Positions 1 through 11,617 of a stretch of 64,000 nt of DNA are shown one piece after another. A program made the position numbers and the translations under genes. How positions within the stretch are numbered: position 1 is the stretch's first letter; each line of letters opens with the position of its first letter. The stretch comes from Octopus sinensis (Eukaryota). The DNA is taken from positions 85,374,001 to 85,438,000 of the forward strand of contig NC_042999.1 in NCBI RefSeq assembly GCF_006345805.1. The letters are read 5' to 3'. The notes beneath the pieces were generated by a model that did no database searches, had not been told where the DNA came from, and saw only the letters and a list, made by a program, of their open reading frames with translations.

Positions 1-57
1 AATTAACTTTACCCTCAATTGTTGATATATGTATATATGTATATATATATTATATAT

Positions 58-135
<78 letters not shown>

Positions 136-376
136 CATGCTTGTATGTTTTGTCCCTCCGCTTTACCTCATGGTGCGATATGAACATTTAACGTGGTACT
201 ATAATCAGTGTTTCGACGACTGCTTTTCGGCATGTTGGTGTCTTTTAGACCCCTCATTTTTATTGTTAAAAAATTTTTTTACGTTTTGTAAGGTATTTCT
301 TTCATGCTGGCCACTTGATAATTTCGACACTTAAATATCGATATTATCCTCATATATAAATTTATATATCTATATA

Positions 377-442
<66 letters not shown>

Positions 443-1270
443 ATATATATATGTGTGTGTATGTTGTGTGTGTGTATATATGTATATATGTGTGTGTGTA
501 TATATGTATTTATATATATGTATATATATATGTATATGTATGTGTGTGTGTATATGTATATATATATTATATATATAAGTGTACGCGAGTATGTCGATGT
601 ATATGTAGGTATGTAGAGTTATGTGTATGTGCATGTATGTGTGTGTATATACAGATTGTAGATGGGTATATATATGTGTGTGTATATATACATATGTATA
701 TGTATATGTATGTGTGTGTGTATGTATATATATATATGTATATGTATATGTGGGTATGTAGAGTTATACGTATGTGCATGTGTATATGTATGTATATATA
801 TATATGTATGTGTATGTATATGTATGTATATATATGTGTGTGTGTGTGTGTATGTGTGTATATGTATGTATATATGTATATATGTGTATATGTGTAGGTG
901 TGGGTATATATATATATATATGTGTGTGTGTATATGTATGTGTATGTATATATATATATGTATGTGTAAATGTATATGTATATATATGTATATATATATA
1001 TGTGTATGTGTGAATATATATATGTATACATATGTGTATGTATGTATGTATATATGTATGTATATATGTGTGTAAGTGTGTGTATATATGTATATGTAAG
1101 TGTGTGTGTGTGTATGAGTATGTATGTATGTTTGCACACATGTATATATGTATATATATATATATGTGTGTGTGTATATATATATGTATGTGTGTGTGTA
1201 TATATGTATGTGTGTGTATGTGTGTATATGTATATGTATGTGTATGTATGTATGTGTATGTATATATATA

Positions 1271-1343
<73 letters not shown>

Positions 1344-1368
1344 ATGTGTATGTGTGTGTATGTATATG

Positions 1369-1400
<32 letters not shown>

Positions 1401-1583
1401 TAAAAATATATATAAATATATATATATGTATATATGTGTGTATGTATATGTATGTATGTAGATATAGTGTGTGTATGTGTATGTGTATATGTACATATAC
1501 GTGTACGCTCGTGTGTTTATGTATATGTAGGTACGTAGAGTTATGTATGTGTGTATGTATATGTACATATGTGTAAGTATGTA

Positions 1584-1637
<54 letters not shown>

Positions 1638-1657
1638 ATATATATATATATATTATG

Positions 1658-1695
<38 letters not shown>

Positions 1696-2004
1696 CTTTA
1701 TATGTATGTATCCGTCTGTAGAATAGGTAACTGCACGTACATATACTTAATATTTATTATTTATTTTTTGAGTATGCATGTAAGTATGAACATAAGGAGG
1801 CGCGTGTGTGTGTGTGTGTGTGTGTAAGCATAGATATATGTATACTTTTACGCATGTGTGTACTTATGTGTATATGGATGCGCGTGTGTGTGTGTGTGTA
1901 TGGGTACGCATGTACATGTGTATGTGCGTGTATGTGTATATGTGTATGTATGTGTGTGTATATTGTATATAGATGTATGTAGATGTATGTATGTGTATAT
2001 ATAT

Positions 2005-2047
<43 letters not shown>

Positions 2048-2187
2048 ATGTATATGTGTATGTGTATGTATTTGTATGTGTATGCATGCACGTATATATA
2101 TGTATGTATATGTATACGTGTGGGTGTGTGTATGTGTATATATGTATGTATGTATGTATTGTATACGTATGTATATGTATATATTAT

Positions 2188-2233
<46 letters not shown>

Positions 2234-2918
2234 TATATGTATGTAGTATATTGTATGTAGGTGTATATGTATGTGTGTATATATATTTATTGGTTTGGGT
2301 TTATATGTATTATCGGTGTATATGTATAGACTAGCCTCTAAGAGTGTAGACATGAATCTGTAGGTACGCGTACGTATGTGTATATACGTGAATGTATGTA
2401 GATGTATGTATGTATGAATATAACGCGTGCGTGCGTGTATGTGTATGAGTGTACGAATGAGTGAGTGTGCGTGCTAATGAGTGTGCGTGCGTAAATGAGT
2501 GCTTGTTTTCAAGTAGAAAGATAAATGGACTTGCTGTCATAGCCAAGATGCTTGTGACCAGCGGTCAAAGATAACAAAAGTAGTAAATGAAGATAATAAA
2601 ATTAAAATTAGGGAATGGGTCTGTATTTGTATGTATATGTGTGTATGTGTAGGTATGTATAGGTACACATATGTATATATATATGTATATGTATATATAT
2701 GTATATGTGTGTATGTGTATATATGTGTATATAGGGACTTGTGTGTTGTGTATGCATGTGTGTATGTGGATATGTGTGTGTATGCGTGTATGTGTATGTG
2801 TGTGTATGTATATATTTTTTGTGTGTATATGTATGTGTGGTCGTGTGTGTATATATACATGTGTGTATATGTGTATGCATATGTGTATGTGTATGTATAT
2901 ATATATATATATAGATAG

Positions 2919-2953
<35 letters not shown>

Positions 2954-3080
2954 GTGTGTGTGTGTAGGTATATGTATGTATATGTATGTGTATATATATA
3001 TATGTGTGTGTGTGTATGTATGTGTGTATGTATATGTGTGTGTGTGTATATATATGTATACATATGTGTATAGGTATAAG
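1..3080. repeat. Compound (TA)n/(TG)n/(TATG)n microsatellite field
   Basis: Nearly continuous dinucleotide and tetranucleotide repeats; source of the Y/I/H/T/V/C/M-only ORFs. Confidence 0.97.
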
Positions 3081-3282
3081 TGAGAATCTCCTTATTTACC
3101 TAAAACTCTATTCTTTTATTATTTTTTTATTCTTTTATTTATTCTTTTATCTAATTTACCACTGACTTCTTGACCACTCCCCCAAGTATGATATTTTGCG
3201 CTATGCCCTACCCAAAAATTCCCCCACCACCACCCCTTTAAACCTGCCTAAATGTATAATGCCAATACAATTCTTGTTAACT

Positions 3283-3333
3283 AGCTTCCTGAAGATTTCT
3301 CTTGACTGAAACAGTTCTAGTCCTGTAGAAGCT
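3283..3333 (+). ncRNA. Degenerate type-I hammerhead ribozyme motif
   Basis: agcttc-CTGAAGA-tttctcttgact-GAAA-cag..ctg-TA-gaagct. Stems I and III pair and the core is present, but stem II does not pair. AATAAA follows downstream. Confidence 0.5.
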
Positions 3334-3416
3334 CCTTCTATATAATAAATTAATTTTACTCTGCTATGTATTGAGTACCTTATTTACTGTGGTTAACCCC
3401 GAATCAACCCGGGACC

Positions 3417-3494
<78 letters not shown>

Positions 3495-3496
<2 letters not shown>

Positions 3497-3606
3497 CGGC
3501 CTGCTCGCTAGCCAGCGGGATGGCGTCATTCGAAGGCTAAAACAATGCGAACGCATTGTGACCAGCGATGTGTAACTACATCTGATGGTCTGGTCGGTCA
3601 CGTGAT

Positions 3607-3613
<7 letters not shown>
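3495..3613 (+). mobile_element. 3' fragment of tRNA-derived SINE (same family as 11255-11540)
   Basis: Reverse-complement similarity to 11255-11375, ending in tcacgtgatcacgtga. Confidence 0.7.
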
Positions 3614-3664
<51 letters not shown>

Positions 3665-4144
3665 AATATATATATATATATATAATGATGTGTGTTGTGT
3701 ATTCTTTTTTTCTTCATTTGTATTGCTTTACGTCCTGTTTTTTTGTCACTTGTTTTACCCCTCTGCAAAAGAATTTAATTTAATTCCTTTTGCAAGAAGG
3801 ACTGCTTCGACTGTGTTCTGTCCTTACCTTCGAAACACACTTTGAGTCGAACCAGGGACAGCTGATGAAGGGGAATATTCCTTGTATTGTTTGTCCTGTA
3901 CTCTGTTTTTTCGTTGTTCAAAAAAAGGCCGTTTCCTTGTTTGATTTTATGTTCTCTGCTCTCGTTGTGTTCTACGTTTATTTGTAGTGTCCTGTACTCA
4001 TATATATATATATATATGCATGTATATATACATGTAGATGTAAGTATGTACATATATGTATGTATATATGCATATATTTTATTTATTTATTATATTACTA
4101 TATGACCGAACGCACGCGTTATATTCTCTTCTCCAAGTTTTATA

Positions 4145-4200
<56 letters not shown>

Positions 4201-4555
4201 TATATGAGTTAGAGGTTAAGCACCATCTAAGGGATAATAAATATCCAATATGCTACTGGATGCATACCTACGTATTTTTATATGCAAAGCAATATCGCAA
4301 TTGAATAATAGGTATGAGTGGGGGTAAAAAAGATTTTTACCTAGAATTCATAAGGCGAATAAGAAAATGGAGAGAATAATCAATCAACAAACATCAGCCT
4401 GTAAACATTAATTTGGATCTATTTATTAATTAATTACAATCATATGTATAAGTAGTCAAAATAAACAAATAAAATAAACATATAAACAATAAATAGATAA
4501 ATAAAAATAAATAAATAAATAAATAAATAAGAATAAATGAGTGAAAAAAAATACT

Positions 4556-4706
4556 AAATCCTTACAGCTGTTTCTAATATGGGGTTGTCCAATTTGCCGA
4601 GTTTTCCACATCATACCAGTAATATGCAGGATTTGTACAAAGGTTGAACAAACATTGGACAGAGGCTGGACAATAATTGAACCCCAAAGCTTCATCAGAG
4701 AGACTA
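4556..4706 (-). ncRNA. Degenerate minimal hammerhead motif with long stem-II insertion
   Basis: Minus strand CTGATGA-agctttggggtt...aaccccatatta-GAAA-cagctg-TA-aggat. Stem III is the palindrome ACAGCTGT; base of stem II mismatched. Confidence 0.5.
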
Positions 4707-4943
4707 TAATGTTAGGAATCTAACATGTGAGGAAGTAAGGTAAAATAATAAAATAAAATAACATAATAAAAAATAGAAAAAAATAGTAAAAAATAAAAAA
4801 TAGTAAAAGAAATAGTTACTATTTTTCGACTCTTATTTCTAGCAAAGCTGGTTCTTCGTGTACCCTCAGTTATAATTATTATAAATTTATGAGTTGGCCT
4901 TTTTTGGATTTATTGCTTTTGGCCACTTATATTATTGTTGTTG

Positions 4944-4983
<40 letters not shown>

Positions 4984-5023
4984 TATTATTATTATGATTA
5001 TTATTATATTATTATATTAGTAT

Positions 5024-5058
<35 letters not shown>

Positions 5059-5059
5059 T

Positions 5060-5540
5060 AATTGTTTTGTCTTGGTATAAAATGGGGCTACAGCAAATAT
5101 TCTGCCTCAATACCACAGATTTGCTTGTCAGTTGTTTGACCTTAACCAGTTGAGCATGTCCCTTCGTGGCTGACAATATGTGCATCTCTGATCACGAGCA
5201 AAGTGTGGGGGAGCATCATAGCCATGTGTTGAGAGGGATTCTTTGGGGTTTGAATAGTTCACCTCTGGAAACATGGGTGGTTCTTTCAACATCCTTAAAC
5301 AACCCTTATTCAGGGACCGTTTGAGCGGGATGGGCTACTCATCTGAAGAAAATTCTAACTGGGCCCCACCTGCAAGGTCATGTGCTGTTTATCTTGATAT
5401 GAGATCACCATGTCGCGCACATATGGTTGTGATGCATGTGCCTGGTGTACCTTTATCAGACGGGTAGTCATGATGGGTATATTGGGCTTCGTATATTTTA
5501 CCCCAGTGTCACTTTGATGGCATGCACTGCTCTCTCACTC

Positions 5541-5541
<1 letters not shown>
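5060..5541. repeat. ~480-bp interspersed repeat, second copy inverted at ~21810-22295
   Basis: Extensive reverse-complement similarity between the copies (e.g. gagatcaccatgtcgcgcacatatggttg vs caaccatatgtgcgcgacatagtgatctc); (AAT)n flanks. Confidence 0.8.
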
Positions 5542-5576
<35 letters not shown>

Positions 5577-5758
5577 CTTTTATTCTTTTATTTGTTTTAG
5601 TCATTTGACTGCTGTCATGCTGGAGCACCACCTTTAGTCGAGCAAATCGACCCCAGGATTTATTCTTTGTAAGCCTAGTACTTATTCTATTGGTCTCTTT
5701 GCCGAACTGCAATGTTATGGGGATGTAAACACACAAGCATCGATTGACATCGATTGAC

Positions 5759-5794
<36 letters not shown>

Positions 5795-5859
5795 TTTGTG
5801 AGTCTGTGTTTTCCCCAACATCACTTGTCAATCGATGCTTGTGTGTTTACGTCCCCATA

Positions 5860-5896
<37 letters not shown>

Positions 5897-5924
5897 ACAC
5901 ACACACACACACATATATATATAT

Positions 5925-6016
<92 letters not shown>

Positions 6017-6225
6017 TATATATATTATATATAATATATATTGAAGTAGATAAGTGAATTATCTTATTACGGTAATTCAAATGATAACTGATACCTGGGT
6101 AGCAAAAATCACAACAGAAAAACACGGTATAAAATCCGTGCCTTAGTGCGGAAATTTGAAGTTTTATATATTAAGTGTAGGAAGAAACGGAGCTGAACGA
6201 AGATTTAACAAAATTCCTTTTTATT

Positions 6226-6311
6226 ATTTTCTACATATGTTTCGAAGGCTGCAAAGTCCCTAATTCGGATTGAATAAGGAGTCCATTTTGCAGTCTTCTC
6301 TTCAGGAAAAT
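6226..6311 (-). ncRNA. Minimal type-I hammerhead ribozyme, apparently intact
   Basis: Minus strand attttc-CTGAAGA-gaagactgcaaa-(loop)-tttgcagccttc-GAAA-catatg-TA-gaaaat. Stem I 6 bp, stem II 11/12 paired, palindromic stem III ACATATGT, GUA cleavage triplet. Confidence 0.85.
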
Positions 6312-6394
6312 CCAGAACTTAATTCTCCCACAAATGCACAGCAAGCTTTTCGACAAACGCTCACGAGGATCCCATATATATATATCTATGTATA

Positions 6395-6438
<44 letters not shown>

Positions 6439-6593
6439 ATATATACATATATATATATATGTGTGTGTGTGGTGTGTTATATATATATTATATGTATATA
6501 TATATATATATAGTATATATATATATATATATTATATATATATAATATATATGTATATATATATATGTATATATATATGTATATATATATAAT

Positions 6594-6637
<44 letters not shown>

Positions 6638-6667
6638 GCGAGAAAGAAGCAACAAGAATGGATAAGT

Positions 6668-6758
6668 TTTTAGTACAATCGTTTCATACAAAGACAGGCT
6701 TTATTAAAAGTTGCAAAAATTGCAGCATATAAACGTGTCCCGTACTCATCAGCTAAAA
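6668..6758 (-). ncRNA. Minimal type-I hammerhead motif (left-arm copy)
   Basis: Reverse-complement copy of the motif at 7145-7234. Confidence 0.7.
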
Positions 6759-7144
6759 TACATGTGAGTTCTCTAGACATCTTAGTGGTTGAGGCTATAC
6801 TCATGAAGTAATGTAGATAATTAAGTAACATAAACAGATTTCCAAAGTTCATTAAAGTTCTTTAAAGATGCACAGTCTTATCACAGATTTTTAAAAAAGT
6901 TTTAATAGCATCACAGAGAAGGTGACTTATCCATAGTGTACATATGAATTTCCAGAGATATGTACACTATGGATTAAGTCACCTTCTCTGTGATGCTATT
7001 AAAACTTTTTTAAAATCTGTGATAAGACTGTGCATCTGTAAAGAACTTTAATGAACTTTGGAAATCTGTTTATGTTACTTAATTATCTACATTACTTCAT
7101 GAGTATAGCCTCAACCACTAAGATGTCTAGAGAACTCACATGTA

Positions 7145-7234
7145 TTTTAGCTGATGAGTACGGGACACGTTTATATGCTGCAATTTTTGCAACTTTTAAT
7201 AAGCCTGTCTTTGTATGAAACGATTGTACTAAAA
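7145..7234 (+). ncRNA. Minimal type-I hammerhead motif (right-arm copy)
   Basis: ttttag-CTGATGA-gtacgggaca...tgtctttgtat-GAAA-cgattg-TA-ctaaaa. Stem I 6 bp, stem II with G-U pairs, near-palindromic stem III ACGATTGT. Confidence 0.7.
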
Positions 7235-7377
7235 CTTATCCATCTTGTTGCTTCTTTCTCGCTTATAATCACCCCACATTACTGTATGGTTAAAACCGTA
7301 TAGTTTTTTGGTGCATCTAAGTTAGATACCATATTCAAGTAAATTCATTAAAATTGACTTGAATCTTTATTGCTTTT

Positions 7378-7415
<38 letters not shown>

Positions 7416-7441
7416 ATGTATGTATATATATATATATATAT

Positions 7442-7526
<85 letters not shown>

Positions 7527-7892
7527 GGGCCGAAACTGGACGTGGTTCGTCCTGATTATGTCTTTAGCCCCTGGATCCTATAAAGGAGCTGTTGAGGTCG
7601 CGAACCACGAAACGTGGTTGGAATTCCTGAAATAAAGTTCAGCACAACACTTAGTAAATCCATAGACCAAAACATGTATTCGAAGTTGGAACTTTTTGAA
7701 CGTATTTTTCCTCTTTATTAATACGAAATAGACAGATTAAGTACGATTCTATAATTAAATTTTTAATTACGATTACTATGATGCTATATATGGAATAAAT
7801 TATCCTCCTTACAACAGTTTAAAGGAATGAAGCAATTAAATTAACACTGGTGTAATAATATTTTCTTATAATACAATATTGTCAAAGCTTAC

Positions 7893-8088
7893 CTGCTCCG
7901 GGATATGAATACATCAAAATATCATCAGATCTAATTTTTACTGTATTCAGTTTAGGTAAAGCAGTTGCAGCCATTTCTAAATAAAGAATATTGTATCCTT
8001 TATATTGATAAACAGGCAAAGGCTTCCCGTCTTTGCCGAAAAATTGTTTAAAATTAATTCCGGTTTCTTTTATTTCCTCAGAAGCCAT
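7893..8088 (-). CDS. Cytosolic sulfotransferase (SULT family), first coding exon; remaining exons not found in window
   Basis: MASEEIKE...LNTVKIRSDDILMYSYPGAG resembles the SULT N-terminal RxDDxxxxxYPKSG motif; phase-1 donor G|gtaagc falls at the position typical of SULT genes. Confidence 0.75.
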
Positions 8089-8622
8089 GTTCTGTTCCTT
8101 ATTTATGGCTGTTGTTGATATATGAATTGTTATCGTTAGTTTTAAACTCTAAAGCTTAGTAATAATATCCTTGTGAGAATGTAATTTTCTGTTCCTTCGC
8201 ACAGAGTGAAACAAAAAGCAACTGGGAGGATGCCTTGCCTTGTGTGTGTGGATTCGTGTTTGTGCATTAATTATGTAATGCATAGATTATTTTATATTTA
8301 TGTGCCTATGTGCACAATTTTAGAAATGAACCAGGCTTTTCTTTAGCCTGTTCGGTTTACTTAACCGAACGCATACACACACACACATATTTTTTTATTC
8401 TTTTACTTGTTCCCGTCATTAGACTGCGGCCATGCTGGGGCACCACCTTGAAGAAATTTAGTGAAATGAATCCACCCCCCAATACTCTTTTTAAGCCTAG
8501 TATTTATTCGATCGGTGCCTTTTGCTGAACTGCTAAGTTGTGGGGGACGTAAAGAAACCAATACCAGTAGTCATGCGGTAGTGGGGGGGGGGCAAACACA
8601 CACGCACGCACATATACATATA

Positions 8623-8653
<31 letters not shown>

Positions 8654-8822
8654 TACGATGGGCTTTGTTCGACCCGAGGCTATGGCAGTACACTGTTGCC
8701 CAAGGTGCCACGCAGTGGGACTGAACCCGAAGCTATGCGGTTGTGATGCAAGTTTCTTACCACACAGCCACGCCTACGCCTGATATATATATATATACAT
8801 ACATATATATATGTATGTACGT

Positions 8823-9480
8823 ATCATCATCATCATCGTTTAACGTCCGTTTTCCATGCTAGCATGGGTTGGACGGTTCGACCGGGTTTGGGAATCCAGG
8901 AGGCTGCACCAGGCTCCAGTCTGATCTGGCAGTGTTTCTACAGCTGGATGCCCTTCCGAACGCCAACCACTCCGTGAGTGTAGTGGGTGCTTTTTACGTG
9001 CCACCGGCACAGGTATCCAACTACAATTTCCATTTGATTTTTATTTGATGTTGATGTACTTGACTCAATAGGTCTCCTCAAGCACAGCAGGTCACCGTAC
9101 GATCAAGGTAAGCACACCAGGCCCGTCTGCGATCCAATGTACTTTAGATGGGCTGGGGCTGCTATGTGAAGCTGGTGCAGGAAACAGCCATGAACCTCAC
9201 GTTATTTGTCGGGTCTTCGCAGTCACAGCATATCTCCAGAGATCTCAGTTTTTTTGTCATTGCCTCGGTGAGGCCCAACGTTCGAAGGTCATGCTTGACC
9301 ACCTCATCCCATGTCTTCCGGGGTCTACCTCTACCCCGGATTCCTTCAACTGTTTAAGAGTGGCACTTCTTCACACATCTCTCCTCATCCATCCGTTGTA
9401 CATGACCATACCAGCGCAAACGTCTCTCTTGCACGCCACATCCAATGCTTCTTATGTCCAGCATTTCTCTCAGGGCGCTT
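8823..9480 (-). mobile_element. RTE-like LINE 3' fragment with (GAT)n tail
   Basis: ERRLRWYGHVQRMDEERCVKK-type ORF2 C-terminus followed by the common 3' UTR and a catcatcat tail. Confidence 0.8.
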
Positions 9481-10420
9481 ACACGGAGGTCTTCGGACCG
9501 TGCTTGCATTCCAGGAAATTCCAGCTGACCTATTGGAACCCACAGGTTAACAGGGTTACTGGCGATCGTTAGCCTAAAGGACACAATCCCCTGTTGTTGA
9601 CATTGAGTAACGAGGTCATCTCCTCCTCCATATTCTAAAGAGGCCACTCGCTAGAGAGACCTTAAGCCCGTGAGTTTGGAGATCTGATGATACACTGTAA
9701 AGCTAAGCGCTTTATGTACATAAAACCAAAGATGATCCCATAAACCGACCTATTCTAACATTCTTTCCACTTGCTATTTCTCGCTCCCTCCTCTTTCACA
9801 TTTCTTGGCCTTCTATTCATTCTCATCACTTTCCCTCCTCCTTTACCTCACTTTGTCCCATTCCTTTCTTTTTCTCTCTTTCTCGTCCCTCCCTAATTGT
9901 TCAACACCTCTGTCCCTACCCTTCTCCTCTCCTTCCATGTGACCAGTGTTCCGCCAAGCCTGACCTTTCTTTCTTGGCTCGACTACAAGCCGTGTAGCAT
10001 CTCTTATATTCCTTCCAATAACTTTCTTCTCTTATGTTCCTGCCGTAAGGCTTCACTTCCACACACGCCAGCTTAATTTAATTCGTCCTTAGTCGAAAGA
10101 CACCTGTTGTTTGTATTTGTAATTGTGTACCATTTCTCTGGGGGTTTTTTACGTCCTTGTTTTCATATACATTCCTTGCTTTCTTCCAAAGTATCTAGTG
10201 TGCTTAGCTTAGATTTTCTTGGGGCCGGCCAGATTAGAGCAGACTGGAGTGTAACCGGCCGAAACTGCAACGATGATGTAGAACTCGACAGAAGAAAGAA
10301 AGCTCCAAATGACCCGTCCTTGTTTTTTCCTGTCCTTTTTTGTATCATCTAACTGCCTGGATGTTTTGTTGTCGCCTGTTGCGTTCTTGTTCCATTTTTT
10401 GTTTTGTTTTATATATATAT

Positions 10421-10468
<48 letters not shown>

Positions 10469-10475
10469 ATATATC

Positions 10476-10509
<34 letters not shown>

Positions 10510-11254
10510 TGTACGTATGTATATCAGATTTGAAATTTTGTGTGTGTTTCAAAAAAGTCATTCAAGAAGTATGCATGTATTTGTGTATGTACTGATGCGA
10601 CTCTGCCCTGTACTGTTCTCTCTCTTTCTTCCTTCCTCGTTTTCTGTCTATACCCCTCTCTCTCCCTCTTCCTCCTTTACGCTCTCGTTGCTCACACGTG
10701 ACCATCGTCCATCTTTCTTTCCCTCACGTGATCATCTTTCTTTTCTTTTGGTCTGTCGCACAGACCAGACGCATTCTTGTCCCTCTCCTCTCCTTTCTCC
10801 TTCAAAGAATGTTCCTCCAGCGTTCGCCACCTTACCCTGTCTGGCTTAGCGGCCCTCACTGTTTTCACTGTCCTGTTTTTGTTACCAACATTGATGCTCC
10901 GCAAATCCCAAATTTTATTTTGGAGCACGGGAGCAACTGTTTCTCAAAAGCCCATATTGTTGTGAATTCCTCGAAATGTGGAGTAAATAAACAGCCGACA
11001 ACTGATGAAGGGTCTTTCTTTATGTTACTTGTCTTGTTTTCCATTTTATTTTTCTAGTTGTTCGTATAAAAACGTTTGTCTTCGTATTTCATGTTGTTTT
11101 CGTATTTCGTATTTCTTGTTATCGTATTACATGTTGTTTACATTTTGTGACGTCCTGTACCCATATATACATATATATGTGTGTGTAAGTATGTACATAT
11201 ATGTGTGTATATATGCCAATATATATATTTTATTTCTATTATATTATATATATA

Positions 11255-11540
11255 TCACGTGATCACGTGACCGACCAGACCATCAGATGTTTTACACATC
11301 GCTGGTCACAATGTGTTCGCATTGTTTTAGCCTTCGAATGACGCTACCCCACTGGCTAAGCGAGCAGGCCAACAGAAGAGTGAGAGAAAGAGTGGTGAAA
11401 GAGTACAGCAGGGATCACCACCCCCTGCTGGAGCATCATGGAGCTTTTAGGTGTTTTCACTCAATAAACACTCACAACGCCGGTCTGGGAATCGAAACTG
11501 CGAGTCCGCTGCTCTAACCACTAGGCCATTGCGCCTCCAC
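11255..11540 (-). mobile_element. tRNA-derived SINE
   Basis: Minus-strand head gtggaggcgcaatggcctagtggttagagcagcgg...tttcgattcccag with A- and B-box-like motifs. Confidence 0.75.
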
Positions 11541-11544
11541 ATAT

Positions 11545-11617
<73 letters not shown>

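Larger units (their letters stand above)
6638..7262. repeat. Near-perfect long inverted repeat (~305-bp arms, ~12-nt spacer)
   Basis: 6638-6945 is the reverse complement of 6958-7262 with only a few indels or substitutions; spacer gaatttccagag. Confidence 0.95.

Noticed and set aside
195-255. Possible minus-strand hammerhead (CTAAAA-gac...gtc-GAAAC)
   Set aside because: Core CUGANGA is not intact and stems I/III do not pair convincingly
362-2967. Many long ORFs (up to 333 aa) rich in Y/I/H/T or V/C/M/Y
   Set aside because: Translations of (TA)n/(CA)n microsatellites, open in several frames on both strands; the same applies at 5.8, 7.4, 10.4 and 37.6 kb
7525-7625. GC-richer structured segment with GAAAC and CTGATTA
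   Set aside because: The elements are not in any hammerhead topology; only short hairpins (aaccacg-aaa-cgtggtt) are supportable
10214-10285. ggccgg...ccggcc-GAAAC...GTA hammerhead-like segment
   Set aside because: No CUGANGA core; at most a decayed relic
11480-11540. tRNA-like sequence (also 45070-45146)
   Set aside because: SINE heads attached to repeat bodies, without a complete cloverleaf
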